56,423 nucleotides of DNA from contig PLYK01000050.1 in NCBI GenBank assembly GCA_003151775.1, positions 5,580 through 62,002 on the forward strand, in the 5' to 3' direction. The DNA comes from Geobacter sp. GTDB lineage: Bacteria > Desulfobacterota > Desulfuromonadia > Geobacterales > Pseudopelobacteraceae. A program made the position numbers and the translations under genes. This document shows positions 9,487 to 19,234 of the stretch, in pieces; positions within the stretch are counted from its first letter, which is position 1; every line of letters starts with the position of its first letter. The notes beneath the pieces were generated by a model. The model searched no databases. It was not told the DNA's origin and saw only the letters and a program-made list of their open reading frames with translations.

Positions 9487-10092
9487 CTACTGCACGATAG
9501 TGAATTCGTCTCGTCTGTTCTTGGCCCAAGCCGCCTCGTCGTTCCCTTCAACCGCCGGCTTTTCCTTGCCGTAGCTGATGATGGAGAGGCGGTCGGGGGC
9601 AACGCCCAGGGTGATCAGGTATTGCTGGGCCGATTTTGCACGGCGCTCACCCAGCGCCAGGTTGTATTCAGCCGAACCGCGTTCGTCGCAATTCCCGGCA
9701 ACCTGGATCTTGACGGTGGGTTTGCTCTTCAGGAGGATTTCAGCGTTTTTGCTGAGCACGTTCCGGGCATCCCGGCTCAGGTCGGATTTGTCAAAATCAA
9801 AATAGATGGATTCAAAAGCGGTCTCCTGGACAGGAGCCGTGGCAGCCTGGGCTCCTGCCTGTTTGATCGGCTCGGCAGCCGGGGTCGCGGACCCAGCAGG
9901 GGTCGCGGACCCAGCCGGGGTCGCGGACTCAACCGTGGTCGGCTTGGCCGGCTGGGACGCTTCCGGAGTCATTGCCGGCTCGGACTTGACAACCGGTTCC
10001 TCGCTCTTCACCGCCTCTTTGTTTGCGCAACCGCCAGCCAGAAAAACCGTCAGGCTGAGCGCTGCCAACACTATCATTCTCCCTTGTTTCAT
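9487..10092 (-). CDS. pal: Peptidoglycan-associated lipoprotein Pal
   Basis: Lipobox LAGGC; IYFDFDKS, GNCDERGSAEYNLALGERRA, ISYGKEKP, KNRR; AGGAG RBS. Confidence 0.92.
   Translation of the reverse strand: MKQGRMIVLAALSLTVFLAGGCANKEAVKSEEPVVKSEPAMTPEASQPAKPTTVESATPAGSATPAGSATPAAEPIKQAGAQAATAPVQETAFESIYFDFDKSDLSRDARNVLSKNAEILLKSKPTVKIQVAGNCDERGSAEYNLALGERRAKSAQQYLITLGVAPDRLSIISYGKEKPAVEGNDEAAWAKNRRDEFTIVQ
9876..9929. repeat. 3 x 18-bp in-frame tandem repeat (SATPAG) in the Pal linker
   Basis: CAGCCGGGGTCGCGGACC x3 with minor variation. Confidence 0.85.
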
Positions 10093-10262
10093 AGCAATTC
10101 TCCTTATGTGTGGTTTATTACGGCAAGTTGTCCAATTGTTCCAAAGCAGACAAATTATACAGCAGGCGGAAAGAATTGCAATTGCAATTCCGGAATAATT
10201 TAATACCCCTCGGAGCAAATAGGCTCCCGCTCCCTCTTCAATGACCTGTCAGCGGGGCTGAA

Positions 10263-10288
10263 TGCGGGCTGCTGCCGTCCCTGGCAAT
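10263..10288. repeat. 26-bp exact copy of tolB-internal sequence 17608-17633
   Basis: TGCGGGCTGCTGCCGTCCCTGGCAAT occurs at both positions. Confidence 0.8.
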
Positions 10289-10360
10289 ATCGATTGCTTC
10301 CAGCCCCCGGTTTGTTCCACTCTCCAAGTACGGTGTAAGTACAGGGTTTTATCGAGGGAG

Positions 10361-10404
10361 GCATTAAGAAGGGGTTGCGTTTGAGCGCAACCCCTTCTTA
10401 ATGC
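10361..10404. terminator. Long stem-loop downstream of satP, probable terminator
   Basis: GCATTAAGAAGGGGTTGCG-tttgag-CGCAACCCCTTCTTAATGC. Confidence 0.7.
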
Positions 10405-10441
10405 TGTTAACAAATATAACTATTGTTGATTCAATACAAAA

Positions 10442-11023
10442 CTACTTGATCCACGGAGCACCAACTGGGAGCTTAATACCCGACTCGGCATATACCGCGA
10501 CCGTCATAAGATATAAAGCAGAGAATGCGCAGACCAATAAATCATAAGCAGCAAACGTTCCGGCAGCCGCGTTCTCTGTGAACTCCTTGACATCCAGTCC
10601 GATAAAACCGATAAGCAGAGTAAGAAATATAATTGCCAAGGCTGTATGATGCTTCATTGAAGCAATGAAAAGTATAAATGTGAAGATCGTCCAAGCAACA
10701 AGGAAAAAGCCAAGGTCATTAGCATTAAATCCAAGCGTTGGATAAGCTTTTACGAGCTCTGGATTCTTACCGAAGATTACCATAAGGCAAAGCGATATCC
10801 AAAATGCTCCATATCCTGTAAAGGCACAAAAACCAAAATTGTTGCCAGTTTTAAACTCCATAAAACCGGCAATCAGCTGAGCGGTACCTCCAAAGCAGAG
10901 GCCAAACCACAGAACAGGGGCGATACCACACCACCCCAGATTGTGGCACTGTAGAACGAACGTTGTCATTCCGAATCCAGCAAGACCAACTACAGCGGGG
11001 TTTCCTAGCTTTAAATCGTTCAT
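10442..11023 (-). CDS. satP: GPR1/FUN34/YaaH (SatP) family acetate/carboxylate transporter
   Basis: LGNPAVVGLAGFGMTT, FGGTAQLIAG..EF, AFTGYGAFW; about 6 TM helices. Confidence 0.88.
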   Translation of the reverse strand: MNDLKLGNPAVVGLAGFGMTTFVLQCHNLGWCGIAPVLWFGLCFGGTAQLIAGFMEFKTGNNFGFCAFTGYGAFWISLCLMVIFGKNPELVKAYPTLGFNANDLGFFLVAWTIFTFILFIASMKHHTALAIIFLTLLIGFIGLDVKEFTENAAAGTFAAYDLLVCAFSALYLMTVAVYAESGIKLPVGAPWIK

Positions 11024-11122
11024 TTTTGTCTCCTTTTGTTTTTATTAGGTTGCCATAGGCAACCTTCTTGGTTTTTTATATGTGGAAGTAAGAGTAAATT
11101 TTTGACTCGAAGACCCTTCATT

Positions 11123-11899
11123 TCACACCATTATTTTATCGTACCCCAATTTTATTGAAAGCTCAGCACCCGCCTCAACCATTGAAGATACGATTTCTTT
11201 GTCGATTCTTTCCTGAAGCATGCGGAACGATGGCGCCAGCATGGTGAGAGCGCCGGCTACAATGCCGGTATAATCTTTAATGGCAACTGCAATGGCACAT
11301 AGCCCCTCGCCACACCCGCCAAAATCAACAGCAAACCCTTTTGCGCGTATTTCGTTAAGTTCAGAAACCAGCTTATCTATGTCAAAAAGTCCAATTCTAT
11401 TGGCGCTACGTTTATTAAATTTGTCCCAAATATTGCTTGAACTCATTGCTTTTATGATTTTTCCCGCTGCATTGGTGAAGAATGGAAGGCGCAATCCTAG
11501 GAACGAAACAGGTCTAACAGTTTGGAACGAGTCAACCATATCTAAGAATAAAATTTCATCATTATTCACAACTGTAATATACATAGCTTCATTATGTTTA
11601 TTAGCTAATTTCTCAAGCGTTGGATGAACCAATCTGACAAGGCTAGTATTGTTAATTATTCGCTGGGCCATTCCAAACGCTGAGAGTCCAAGCCGATAGA
11701 CACCTGTCACATCATCACGTTCTATCAGTCCCAGATCCATGAGGGTGCTAGCTAATCTAAATGCTTTGTTATTGCTAAGCCCAAGTTTCTCGGCCAATAA
11801 AGCAACAGTAGGCATGGTATCTTGCGCCGATAGGATATTCAGCAAAACAAAAGCCTGTTCAACAGCATGGACAGTATATGTTGATTTTATCTCCCTCAC
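11123..11899 (-). CDS. IclR-family transcriptional regulator
   Basis: N-terminal HTH (TVHAVEQAF...NKAFRLASTL...YRLG) plus effector domain (LRLPFFTNAAGK; IRAKGFAVD). Confidence 0.9.
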   Translation of the reverse strand: MREIKSTYTVHAVEQAFVLLNILSAQDTMPTVALLAEKLGLSNNKAFRLASTLMDLGLIERDDVTGVYRLGLSAFGMAQRIINNTSLVRLVHPTLEKLANKHNEAMYITVVNNDEILFLDMVDSFQTVRPVSFLGLRLPFFTNAAGKIIKAMSSSNIWDKFNKRSANRIGLFDIDKLVSELNEIRAKGFAVDFGGCGEGLCAIAVAIKDYTGIVAGALTMLAPSFRMLQERIDKEIVSSMVEAGAELSIKLGYDKIMV

Positions 11900-12013
11900 G
11901 AAGCCTCCAAAATAAATGGAATGCAGTAAAGAGGTGTCATTATTCCCAAGAATTCAGATCAAGTATCGTAGCCAGGTTGTTGCCTCCAAATAGGCAAGTG
12001 AAGTGTAACACAT

Positions 12014-12228
12014 TCAGAGTTGATAAAAACCGGTCAGAGGATCATGGTCCACCAACCCTTTATCAATGAGTGTTGCCAGGAGCCTGAGTGTCTTGTTACG
12101 GGTCAAGGCAATCCTGGCCGCCAGTTGAGACAGATCTGCGTGCGCCTGCTGCCACGAGAGTATCTCCAGAATTTCAAACGCTTTTATAACCGTTTGAACG
12201 GTTAGGCACTGCTCTTGTCATCAATCAT
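12014..12228 (-). pseudogene. IclR HTH pseudogene
   Basis: MIDDKSSA then stop/frameshift, then TVQTVIKAFEILEILS...TRNKTLRLLATLIDKGLVDHDPLTGFYQL*; paralogous to the adjacent IclR N-terminus. Confidence 0.75.
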
Positions 12229-12451
12229 ATGGGGCTCCGCCTGCCATGTTGAAGGATGTCCAGTTTGTCCACCTAAAATTGGTTCAAATACGTTTTGTAT
12301 ACCAATTAATATAACAGTTTTTTATTTTGCGTGCAATATAATTTTCGAGCAGTGCTTAAAAAAACGATGGCTTGTGTAATATGCTGTAATAATGCTATTG
12401 ATATCTGATAAATGTTTTAAAAATGAGTTTGCATATGGAGGGAGGTTTGGA

Positions 12452-12994
12452 ATGAAAGCTACACCGGATCTGGTGGCGGGCATAATCGATAATTTGCGGC
12501 GTGTATTTCAGGTCATCAACGAACAATCAAAAAGGGCCGAACACGAGACCGGACTGACCGGACCGCAACTCTGGGCGATCAAGGTGATTTCCGAATTCGC
12601 TCCCATTAAGCTCTCTGATTTGGCTCGCAAGATGTATCTTCATCCTGCGACGATTGTCGGCATTATTGATCGACTTGAAGCAAGGGGGCTTGTCGAAAGG
12701 ACCAGGTCAACCAAGGACAGGCGAGTTGTTGATCTTGCGCTTACATCTCTAGGGAGTGAAAAGGTCAGCCAATCTCCAAATGTGGCGCAAGAACTTCTCG
12801 TCAGCGGGCTCGAAGCACTTCCCAAATCACAGATAATAAACATATATGATGGGTTGGAACAGTTTGTCAGGATACTGGGGGTACAGGAAATCCCTCCACA
12901 ACTGATCCTGTCGCCGGAAATAAACCTTCCTGGAGACGGCAAGTTCGAGGGGGAGATCACCGATAAAACCAACCAGGAGTTGTCTCAGAATTGA
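12452..12994 (+). CDS. MarR-family transcriptional regulator
   Basis: GLTGPQLW, LHPATIVGIIDRLEARGLVER, DRR..LT..G; GGAGG RBS. Confidence 0.9.
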   Translation: MKATPDLVAGIIDNLRRVFQVINEQSKRAEHETGLTGPQLWAIKVISEFAPIKLSDLARKMYLHPATIVGIIDRLEARGLVERTRSTKDRRVVDLALTSLGSEKVSQSPNVAQELLVSGLEALPKSQIINIYDGLEQFVRILGVQEIPPQLILSPEINLPGDGKFEGEITDKTNQELSQN

Positions 12995-13334
12995 CGAAGA
13001 AAAGTTTATAAAGCAAATATTATCACATTCCTGTATTATCGGGAATCACTTCGCACGACCTTTTTTGGAAGACATAAGCAGAGCGTGATTCTTCCACATT
13101 CTTTTCCTCAGTGCTGACCTCCTGTTTTTTCACACTATTTCTGTTCAAGCGTTTTTATTATCTCAGGAACGGATCGTGCCATTAATACATGTATCGCCTG
13201 AAGCATCGTCTTTGATAACAGCTCATCCCGATGTCCATTGAATGGAGATGATAAATTATTCCTGCCAAAGAGCTGTTCAAGCCTTTTTAGTTTGTATCGG
13301 TCAATCACTTCAAAGGATTGACTGTGTCTTTAAA

Positions 13335-13355
13335 GCCCCGCCTTGTAGGCGGGGC
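13335..13355 (-). terminator. Probable terminator of the ompA-like gene
   Basis: GCCCCGCCT-aca-AGGCGGGGC then TTT on the minus strand. Confidence 0.6.
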
Positions 13356-13386
13356 AATTCACTTTTGAACTTTTACAGTAATAACT

Positions 13387-14889
13387 TTACTTGACTGCAG
13401 CGTGCACAGCGTGTACCCGGCGGTTATGGTACCGCCCTTCAGCAGTTTTATTGGTGTCGACCGGCCTGGTTTTTCCATAACCGACCGCCTTGATCAACTC
13501 GGGATTGATTCCGAACTTGTCGACAATATACTTTTTAACGACATTGGCGCGGCGTTGTGATAATTTCTGATTATAAGCCTTTGTCCCCACGTCATCAGTG
13601 TGTCCTTCGATAGTCATAGTGACGGTGGGGTATTTCTGCATGAACTCTCCTACCGCATCAACATTCGAATAAAATTCAGGTTTGACCACCGACTTATTGA
13701 AATCAAACTCGATGAGCAGGTTAACGGATTCATCCTTTTCCGGATTTAATACCACACATGCCTGTGCCGGCTTGATTTGCGGAGGAGGAGGTGGTGGTGG
13801 TGCAACTATGGATACATTAACGGTGCTGTTTGTATTTCCTCCGGGGCTGCTACAGTGCAAGGTATAGGTCGTATCTACCAATGGCGTGATGCTCGCAGTA
13901 CCCTGTGTCTCGACATGGCCCATCCCCGGTTGGATATCGCAGTTTTTGGCATTCTGCGTATTCCAATTGAGAACAGCTGACTGTCCCAGTGTGATTGGAT
14001 TGGGAGTTACCGACATACTACTCGTCGGCGCCGGGAGTACCACCTGAGTAACAACGGTAATCTTCGCTGTGCTGTTTGATGTTCCACCGGGGCCGTTACA
14101 CGACAGATAGTAGACGGTGTCAACCGAAGGACTAATGGCCATACTCCCTTGCGTCATGACACCACCTATGCCCGGTTGGATATTGCAGCCTGTGGCATTG
14201 TCTGACGTCCATTTGAGCGTGGCTGACTTACCATTACTGATCGTGTCCGGCATGACCGACATGCTGCTCGTTGGGGCCGGCGGAGCAGGAATTGCGACAG
14301 GCGTAACTGACGCAGTTTTACCCCCGAAGAGGAAGGTCAGGCCGGCGGTGTACTCCTCGTTGTACATGACGCTGTTATGTTCTGCTGGATAGTTATGGTT
14401 TTCGAAAATGAACACTTCCCTGGCATCGGCTCGCAGCGCAATCGAATCGGTAATAAAGTATTTCAGTCCCAGCCCGCCATTGGCAGTGGCGTCGGTATTC
14501 CTCCCTCCAGTGTTGAAGTCTGAACCGTGACCTGCTGTGATGCCGCCGCCCCCAATTGCGAGGTACGGCACCAACGGCCCACCCGGCAGAATGTTATAAA
14601 GAACATCCAATCGATAGGACACGGCATTGATGTGCGCTTTTCTGAGCGGCCCTTCCGTCTCCGTCTCCAGGAAACTACCGACCGCTTCCACTTCCAAATA
14701 TTTGGTCAGGTCGTAGCCGAGGCGAAGCCCATAGGCAGGCGTCGTCTTTAAATGCTGGGCACCATCAAAGGTGTAACCTCCTATAAAAGGCGACAGGGAA
14801 ACCGCCCCTTCCCGTTCTTCTGCGACAACAGGTGCCGCAATGATACATAAGGCCACGATGGACAGCATGAATACGGCAAGATGTTTCAT
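13387..14889 (-). CDS. OmpA-family outer membrane protein (beta-barrel, two Cys-containing repeats, OmpA C-terminal domain)
   Basis: Signal peptide; barrel-like N-terminus; IEFDFNKS, IEGHTD, NQKLSQRRA, NRRV; AGGAGG RBS. Confidence 0.88.
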   Translation of the reverse strand: MKHLAVFMLSIVALCIIAAPVVAEEREGAVSLSPFIGGYTFDGAQHLKTTPAYGLRLGYDLTKYLEVEAVGSFLETETEGPLRKAHINAVSYRLDVLYNILPGGPLVPYLAIGGGGITAGHGSDFNTGGRNTDATANGGLGLKYFITDSIALRADAREVFIFENHNYPAEHNSVMYNEEYTAGLTFLFGGKTASVTPVAIPAPPAPTSSMSVMPDTISNGKSATLKWTSDNATGCNIQPGIGGVMTQGSMAISPSVDTVYYLSCNGPGGTSNSTAKITVVTQVVLPAPTSSMSVTPNPITLGQSAVLNWNTQNAKNCDIQPGMGHVETQGTASITPLVDTTYTLHCSSPGGNTNSTVNVSIVAPPPPPPPQIKPAQACVVLNPEKDESVNLLIEFDFNKSVVKPEFYSNVDAVGEFMQKYPTVTMTIEGHTDDVGTKAYNQKLSQRRANVVKKYIVDKFGINPELIKAVGYGKTRPVDTNKTAEGRYHNRRVHAVHAAVK

Positions 14890-15114
14890 TGTAATCCTCC
14901 TTTTAATAAACCATGGTTTACCCGCACCCACAGGTTGGGGCTTTAGTCTGACTCTGTCTGGTCTCCTGATTAAATGATTGTTATGGCAAGGTCTTGTTGA
15001 CATTACAGTTGACGTTAAAAATAATATTGTGGCGTTCTCCTCTTACGCCGTGACATGAAAGGTATTCAATTTTTAATCTAGAACAAATGATCGTGTTTTA
15101 CTCTGAAGGATAAG

Positions 15115-15129
15115 GCAAGTAGCATGCCG
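15115..15129 (-). promoter_or_regulatory. Candidate sigma54 promoter for the ompA-like gene
   Basis: CGGCATGCTACTTGC on the minus strand, GG-N10-GC with TTGC. Confidence 0.5.
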
Positions 15130-15252
15130 TGGATACTATGATTAGTGTGAGGCGGTAACAGCCTGTTTGTGCGGGAGTAAAATGTAACGTGGAGATGATG
15201 AGGTGGAAAATATCCATAACTTAATCCGTCATATTTAACACTACTGTCTCAT

Positions 15253-15612
15253 GTGGAGGGCGATGGATTGATAAAGAACGAGAACAAGCCCGTATTCCTG
15301 ATTGTCGATGGCAATCCAGTTCACCGTTCCAAGAGGATTCAGGCTTTTGTCCCCTCGACCATGGGAAGACTGAAGTTCTTCCTCTTGCCGCCATACTCAC
15401 TGGAACTCAACCCCGAAGAGCAGGTTTGGAGTCATCTGAAACACTACCGGATCGGTAAGATGGTCATCAAGACCAAGGAAAAACTGATTTCCAAGGTCGA
15501 TTCAGCGTTACGATCAATTCAAAGAACGAGTTCGCTCATCAAGAGCTTTTTCCGACACAAAGAATGCTGCTATTCCGTTCATCGCTCTATTCCTTTCCTT
15601 GTTTTCTGTTGA
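15253..15612 (+). pseudogene. IS630-family transposase C-terminal fragment
   Basis: FLIVDGNPVH...FLLPPYSLELNPEEQVWSHLK (DDE_3 motif); N-terminal part absent. Confidence 0.8.
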
Positions 15613-15850
15613 CAATCAATTTGGCAACAATATATTTTATGTTACAAATAATTTGTTAGCCAATGATAATTGCTTTTCAAGCTATTTATTTGACCGGTTC
15701 CAACGAAATAATCTGAAATTAACGATAGATTGCGCCGGAATTGGTTGTGCTTGAAGAGGCACCAGCCGCGACGCTACGCGGCATCGACAAGTTTGGGATC
15801 GACTGCTCCGTGAAACAATGACTGAACCTGAAGTTCAGTACGCCTGACCG

Positions 15851-17137
15851 GTGAAAAGGAACAACAGGATGAGAAACCTCAACTTCGCTGTCATTGCATT
15901 GATGTCTCTTGCATTTCTCATCTGCGTTTCCAATTCCCGTGCTGCTTCTCCTGTCAAGGTAGGAGCACAGGTCCTCCACGAAGACGGCTACGCTGACATC
16001 CTCGGAAAGCACGTCGGCCTGGTCACCAACCATTCAGCAGTTGTGGATGGAACCCATCTGGTTGACCTTCTGCATGCAAGCGGCAAGGTGCGACTTGTCT
16101 CCTTGTTTGCCCCGGAACACGGTATTCGCGGCCTGGAGGAGGACGGGGTGAACATAGGGGAGAGAAAAGACGAACGGACCGGCGTGCCGGTATACAGCCT
16201 CTATGGAACGTTAAAGAAACCGACTCCTGAGATGTTGCGCGGTCTCGATCTTCTCCTGTTCGATATCCAGGATATCGGCGCCCGTTTCTATACCTTCATA
16301 TCGACCATGGGACTTGCAATGCAAGCGGCTGCGGAGGCGCACATCCCGTTCGTGGTCCTCGACCGTCCCAATCCCCTGGGTGGGGAGTATGTCGCCGGCC
16401 CGGTCCTTGAAGAAGGATACGCCTCGTTCGTGGGGGTATATCCCGTCCCGGTGGCCCATGGCATGACGGTAGGCGAACTGGCGCTCATGATTAAGGGAGA
16501 ACGGATGCTGCCAGGGTTGGAGGGACTGGACCTGCGAGTGATCAAGATGTCGGGGTGGCGGCGCGGGATGCAATGGCCGGAAACCGGCCTGAAATGGGTA
16601 CGGACCAGCCCCAACATCCCCGACTTCGAGACTGCGCTCCTCTATCCTGGCATCTGCTTCTTCGAGGGAACCTCCGCCAGCGTGGGGCGCGGGACCCTGG
16701 AACCGTTCAAGTTGGTGGGATTTCCAGGCATCAATGCTGGCGAGTTGGCCGATCGTCTCAACAGAAAGAACCTTCCGGGCGCCAGGTTCGAATCGGTGAC
16801 GTTCACGCCCAAGAGCATTCCCGGCATGAGCAGCAGCCCAAAATATCAAGGACAGGAGATATCGGGCATTAAAATCATCATCACCGACCAGCATTTGTAC
16901 CGACCGGTGGAAACGGCTGTCCATCTCATCTGCGCCTTGTACGGCTCCCTGGGCAACAGAGATCGGGAACGATTCTTCCAGGGTGCGGGGTTCGATCATC
17001 TGGCCGGGACTCACAGCCTGCGGCTTGCCATCGAGAGAGGAGTGCCTCCAGAAGAGATCATTGCAGCATGGAAAGAGGAACTTGAGCTTTTTGTGATGAA
17101 GCGCGCAAAATACCTTATGTACAATACAAATCACTAG
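15851..17137 (+). CDS. DUF1343 / exo-beta-N-acetylmuramidase NamZ-family protein (secreted)
   Basis: GLVTNHS, FAPEHG, FDIQDIGARFYTF, LDRPNP, TSPNIP, SVGRGT; start at 15851 (GTG) or 15869. Confidence 0.88.
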   Translation: MKRNNRMRNLNFAVIALMSLAFLICVSNSRAASPVKVGAQVLHEDGYADILGKHVGLVTNHSAVVDGTHLVDLLHASGKVRLVSLFAPEHGIRGLEEDGVNIGERKDERTGVPVYSLYGTLKKPTPEMLRGLDLLLFDIQDIGARFYTFISTMGLAMQAAAEAHIPFVVLDRPNPLGGEYVAGPVLEEGYASFVGVYPVPVAHGMTVGELALMIKGERMLPGLEGLDLRVIKMSGWRRGMQWPETGLKWVRTSPNIPDFETALLYPGICFFEGTSASVGRGTLEPFKLVGFPGINAGELADRLNRKNLPGARFESVTFTPKSIPGMSSSPKYQGQEISGIKIIITDQHLYRPVETAVHLICALYGSLGNRDRERFFQGAGFDHLAGTHSLRLAIERGVPPEEIIAAWKEELELFVMKRAKYLMYNTNH

Positions 17138-17156
17138 TGAGCCTTCTCCCGGTATT

Positions 17157-18446
17157 TTATCGCGACCCCCAGGCCGGCTGGGTGGCATTCCCTTTTCCCT
17201 GGCTGACCCTGACTTGGCCGCTGCCGTCGGCACGCATGACATAGATCGCAGCCGGGCCGCCCCTTTTCGAGCTGAACGCTATGAAACGCCCGTCCGGCGA
17301 CCAGGCGGGGTTCTCGTCGCTCCCCGTGTTAGTCAGTTGAGTGTCGCCGCTGCCGTCGGCATTGATGACATAGCTATGAAATTCCCCTCCCCCCCCCATG
17401 CGGGCATAGGCGATCCTGTCCCCCTTGGGCGACCAGCGGGGGTTGACGTTGTACGCCCCGGCAGTAGTCAGCCGGCGCACGTTGCCGCCATTGGCGTCCA
17501 TCACGAAGATCTGCGGCTTGCCCAGCCGGTCGGAAACAAAGGCGATATGGCTGCCGTCCGGCGACCAGACAGGGGAGACCTCGATAGCCGGGTTGAAGGT
17601 CAGACGCTGCGGGCTGCTGCCGTCCCTGGCAATGGTGTAGATCTCCGCGTTGCCGTCCATGCTGAGGGACAAAGCGATCTTTGTGCCGTCCGGCGACCAG
17701 GCGCCGGTGATGTTGAGCCCTTTGCGCCTGGACAGCGGAATCTCCACCGTACTGGAAAGGGCGCGTTTGAACAGATCGGGATTGCCGCGTTTGTACGAGG
17801 TGAAGATGAGCTCCCGGCCATCGGGCGAAAAGTCGGGATTGAGGTTGATGGAGCCGTTTCTGGTCAAAGGCAGCAGGTTGTGGCCGTCCCAATCCATGAT
17901 CGCCACCTCCTTGTTGCCGTACTGGGTTGAGATAAAGGCGATATGGGTCGTAAAGGGACCTCGTTCGCCGGTCATCTGCAGCAGGATCTCATCACAGTAT
18001 GAATGGGCGAACCGGCGCAGGTCCTTGTTTTTTCCGAGGTAACGCTTGGCGGTCATCATCTTGTTGTTGAGGGCGTCGTACAGACGAAACTCCACCGTGA
18101 GTTCGTCGCCGGTGATGCTGTATTCGCCGCGCACCAGCAGGTCGTATCCCTCCGCACGCCATGGGGCGAAATCGGTCGCTCCGAACATGAGTCCGCCGGC
18201 AAGCGGCAGCGGCTCCTTGATGTCGGCATTGACGATCCCCGACATGTTCATGTCAAATGCGATCACGTCGGCCATCTCTTTGGCGGCGTTCGCACTCGGT
18301 GTGGTGTTGTTTTGCGCATGGGGGATTTCGACCGCAAGCTTGAGCTGTCGTTTGCCGGATGCTGTCACATCGATATAACCGGAATGGTCGGAAAGGGCGA
18401 TGCTCGGCAGAACAACAATCAGCATCAGGCTCAAAAGGATTTTCAT
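17157..18446 (-). CDS. tolB: Tol-Pal beta-propeller protein TolB
   Basis: Signal peptide, repeated WSPDG (PD40) motifs, position after tolA. Confidence 0.92.
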   Translation of the reverse strand: MKILLSLMLIVVLPSIALSDHSGYIDVTASGKRQLKLAVEIPHAQNNTTPSANAAKEMADVIAFDMNMSGIVNADIKEPLPLAGGLMFGATDFAPWRAEGYDLLVRGEYSITGDELTVEFRLYDALNNKMMTAKRYLGKNKDLRRFAHSYCDEILLQMTGERGPFTTHIAFISTQYGNKEVAIMDWDGHNLLPLTRNGSINLNPDFSPDGRELIFTSYKRGNPDLFKRALSSTVEIPLSRRKGLNITGAWSPDGTKIALSLSMDGNAEIYTIARDGSSPQRLTFNPAIEVSPVWSPDGSHIAFVSDRLGKPQIFVMDANGGNVRRLTTAGAYNVNPRWSPKGDRIAYARMGGGGEFHSYVINADGSGDTQLTNTGSDENPAWSPDGRFIAFSSKRGGPAAIYVMRADGSGQVRVSQGKGNATQPAWGSR

Positions 18447-18456
18447 ATGTACCTCG

Positions 18457-19233
18457 TTACGGCTTGCTGCGGGAAACTTCTTTGGGTCTGAATCTGAATC
18501 TACCCTCGAACACCTTGTGATTCGGCGGTGGAACGAGCTTGTCGCCGGCCTTCTCGATCGCCCTTTGCACCGCCAGTTCAAACCTTTTGTCGCCGGTGCT
18601 TTGCTCCAACTTTTGGCGAATCACCTTGCCGTCTGTACCTATATAAAGGTGGACATAGACCATCGGGTTGTTGCTGTCATAGTCGTTGGTTTGATTGAGA
18701 GCGTCTTTCAGGCGCGACTGAACGTAGGCGGTATAATCGCTTCCGGTTTCACTGCCGCTGCCTGCCGGCATCCCGGCCCTGCCGCTGCCGGTCGCCTTGA
18801 GTTTCTTGCGCAGCTGCTCCAGGGTAGCCTCCTCTTGTTGGGACGCGGCCTTGTTTTCCAGCTTTGCCATCCTTTCGGCAAAGGCAGCATCTCCGGAGGT
18901 ATCCCGCTTTTCCGTCTTTTCGGACTTTCGGGCCGTTGCGGCCCGCCCCCTGGCGTTCGGTTGCGGGGGGGGCGGCATGCTGAGGGGAGGTTCGGGCGCC
19001 GGCGGCGGTGGAGGGGTTTCGGCATCATTCCCCTTCTGGATTGGACTGCCGGCCCGGGGGTTGGCTACGGGCAGATTGACAACATCGACGTAATAGGTCT
19101 CCTGGACGGCCATGATTGGCGGGAAGAGCTGCCCCCACCACAAAAGTAACAAAAAAACCACCAGATGGATGACGGTGGAAATGATGAAGCTGACGCCCAA
19201 ACCGGAGTCATGTGTGTCCTGCCTTGCATTCAT
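18457..19233 (-). CDS. tolA: TolA / TonB C-terminal domain protein
   Basis: N-terminal TM helix with S..IH, Pro-rich and charged linker, STGDKRFELAVQRAI C-domain; lies between tolR and tolB. Confidence 0.8.
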   Translation of the reverse strand: MNARQDTHDSGLGVSFIISTVIHLVVFLLLLWWGQLFPPIMAVQETYYVDVVNLPVANPRAGSPIQKGNDAETPPPPPAPEPPLSMPPPPQPNARGRAATARKSEKTEKRDTSGDAAFAERMAKLENKAASQQEEATLEQLRKKLKATGSGRAGMPAGSGSETGSDYTAYVQSRLKDALNQTNDYDSNNPMVYVHLYIGTDGKVIRQKLEQSTGDKRFELAVQRAIEKAGDKLVPPPNHKVFEGRFRFRPKEVSRSKP

Positions 19234-19234
19234 C

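Noticed and set aside
13166-13181. Sigma54-like TGGCACG on the minus strand
   Set aside because: No GC at -12, and only a 17-codon ORF downstream
14900-15010. Possible cyclic-dinucleotide (GEMM-I) riboswitch in the ompA leader
   Set aside because: Only a faint GACTAAAGCC resemblance; the conserved P1/P2 features were not found. An Rfam/Infernal scan would settle it.
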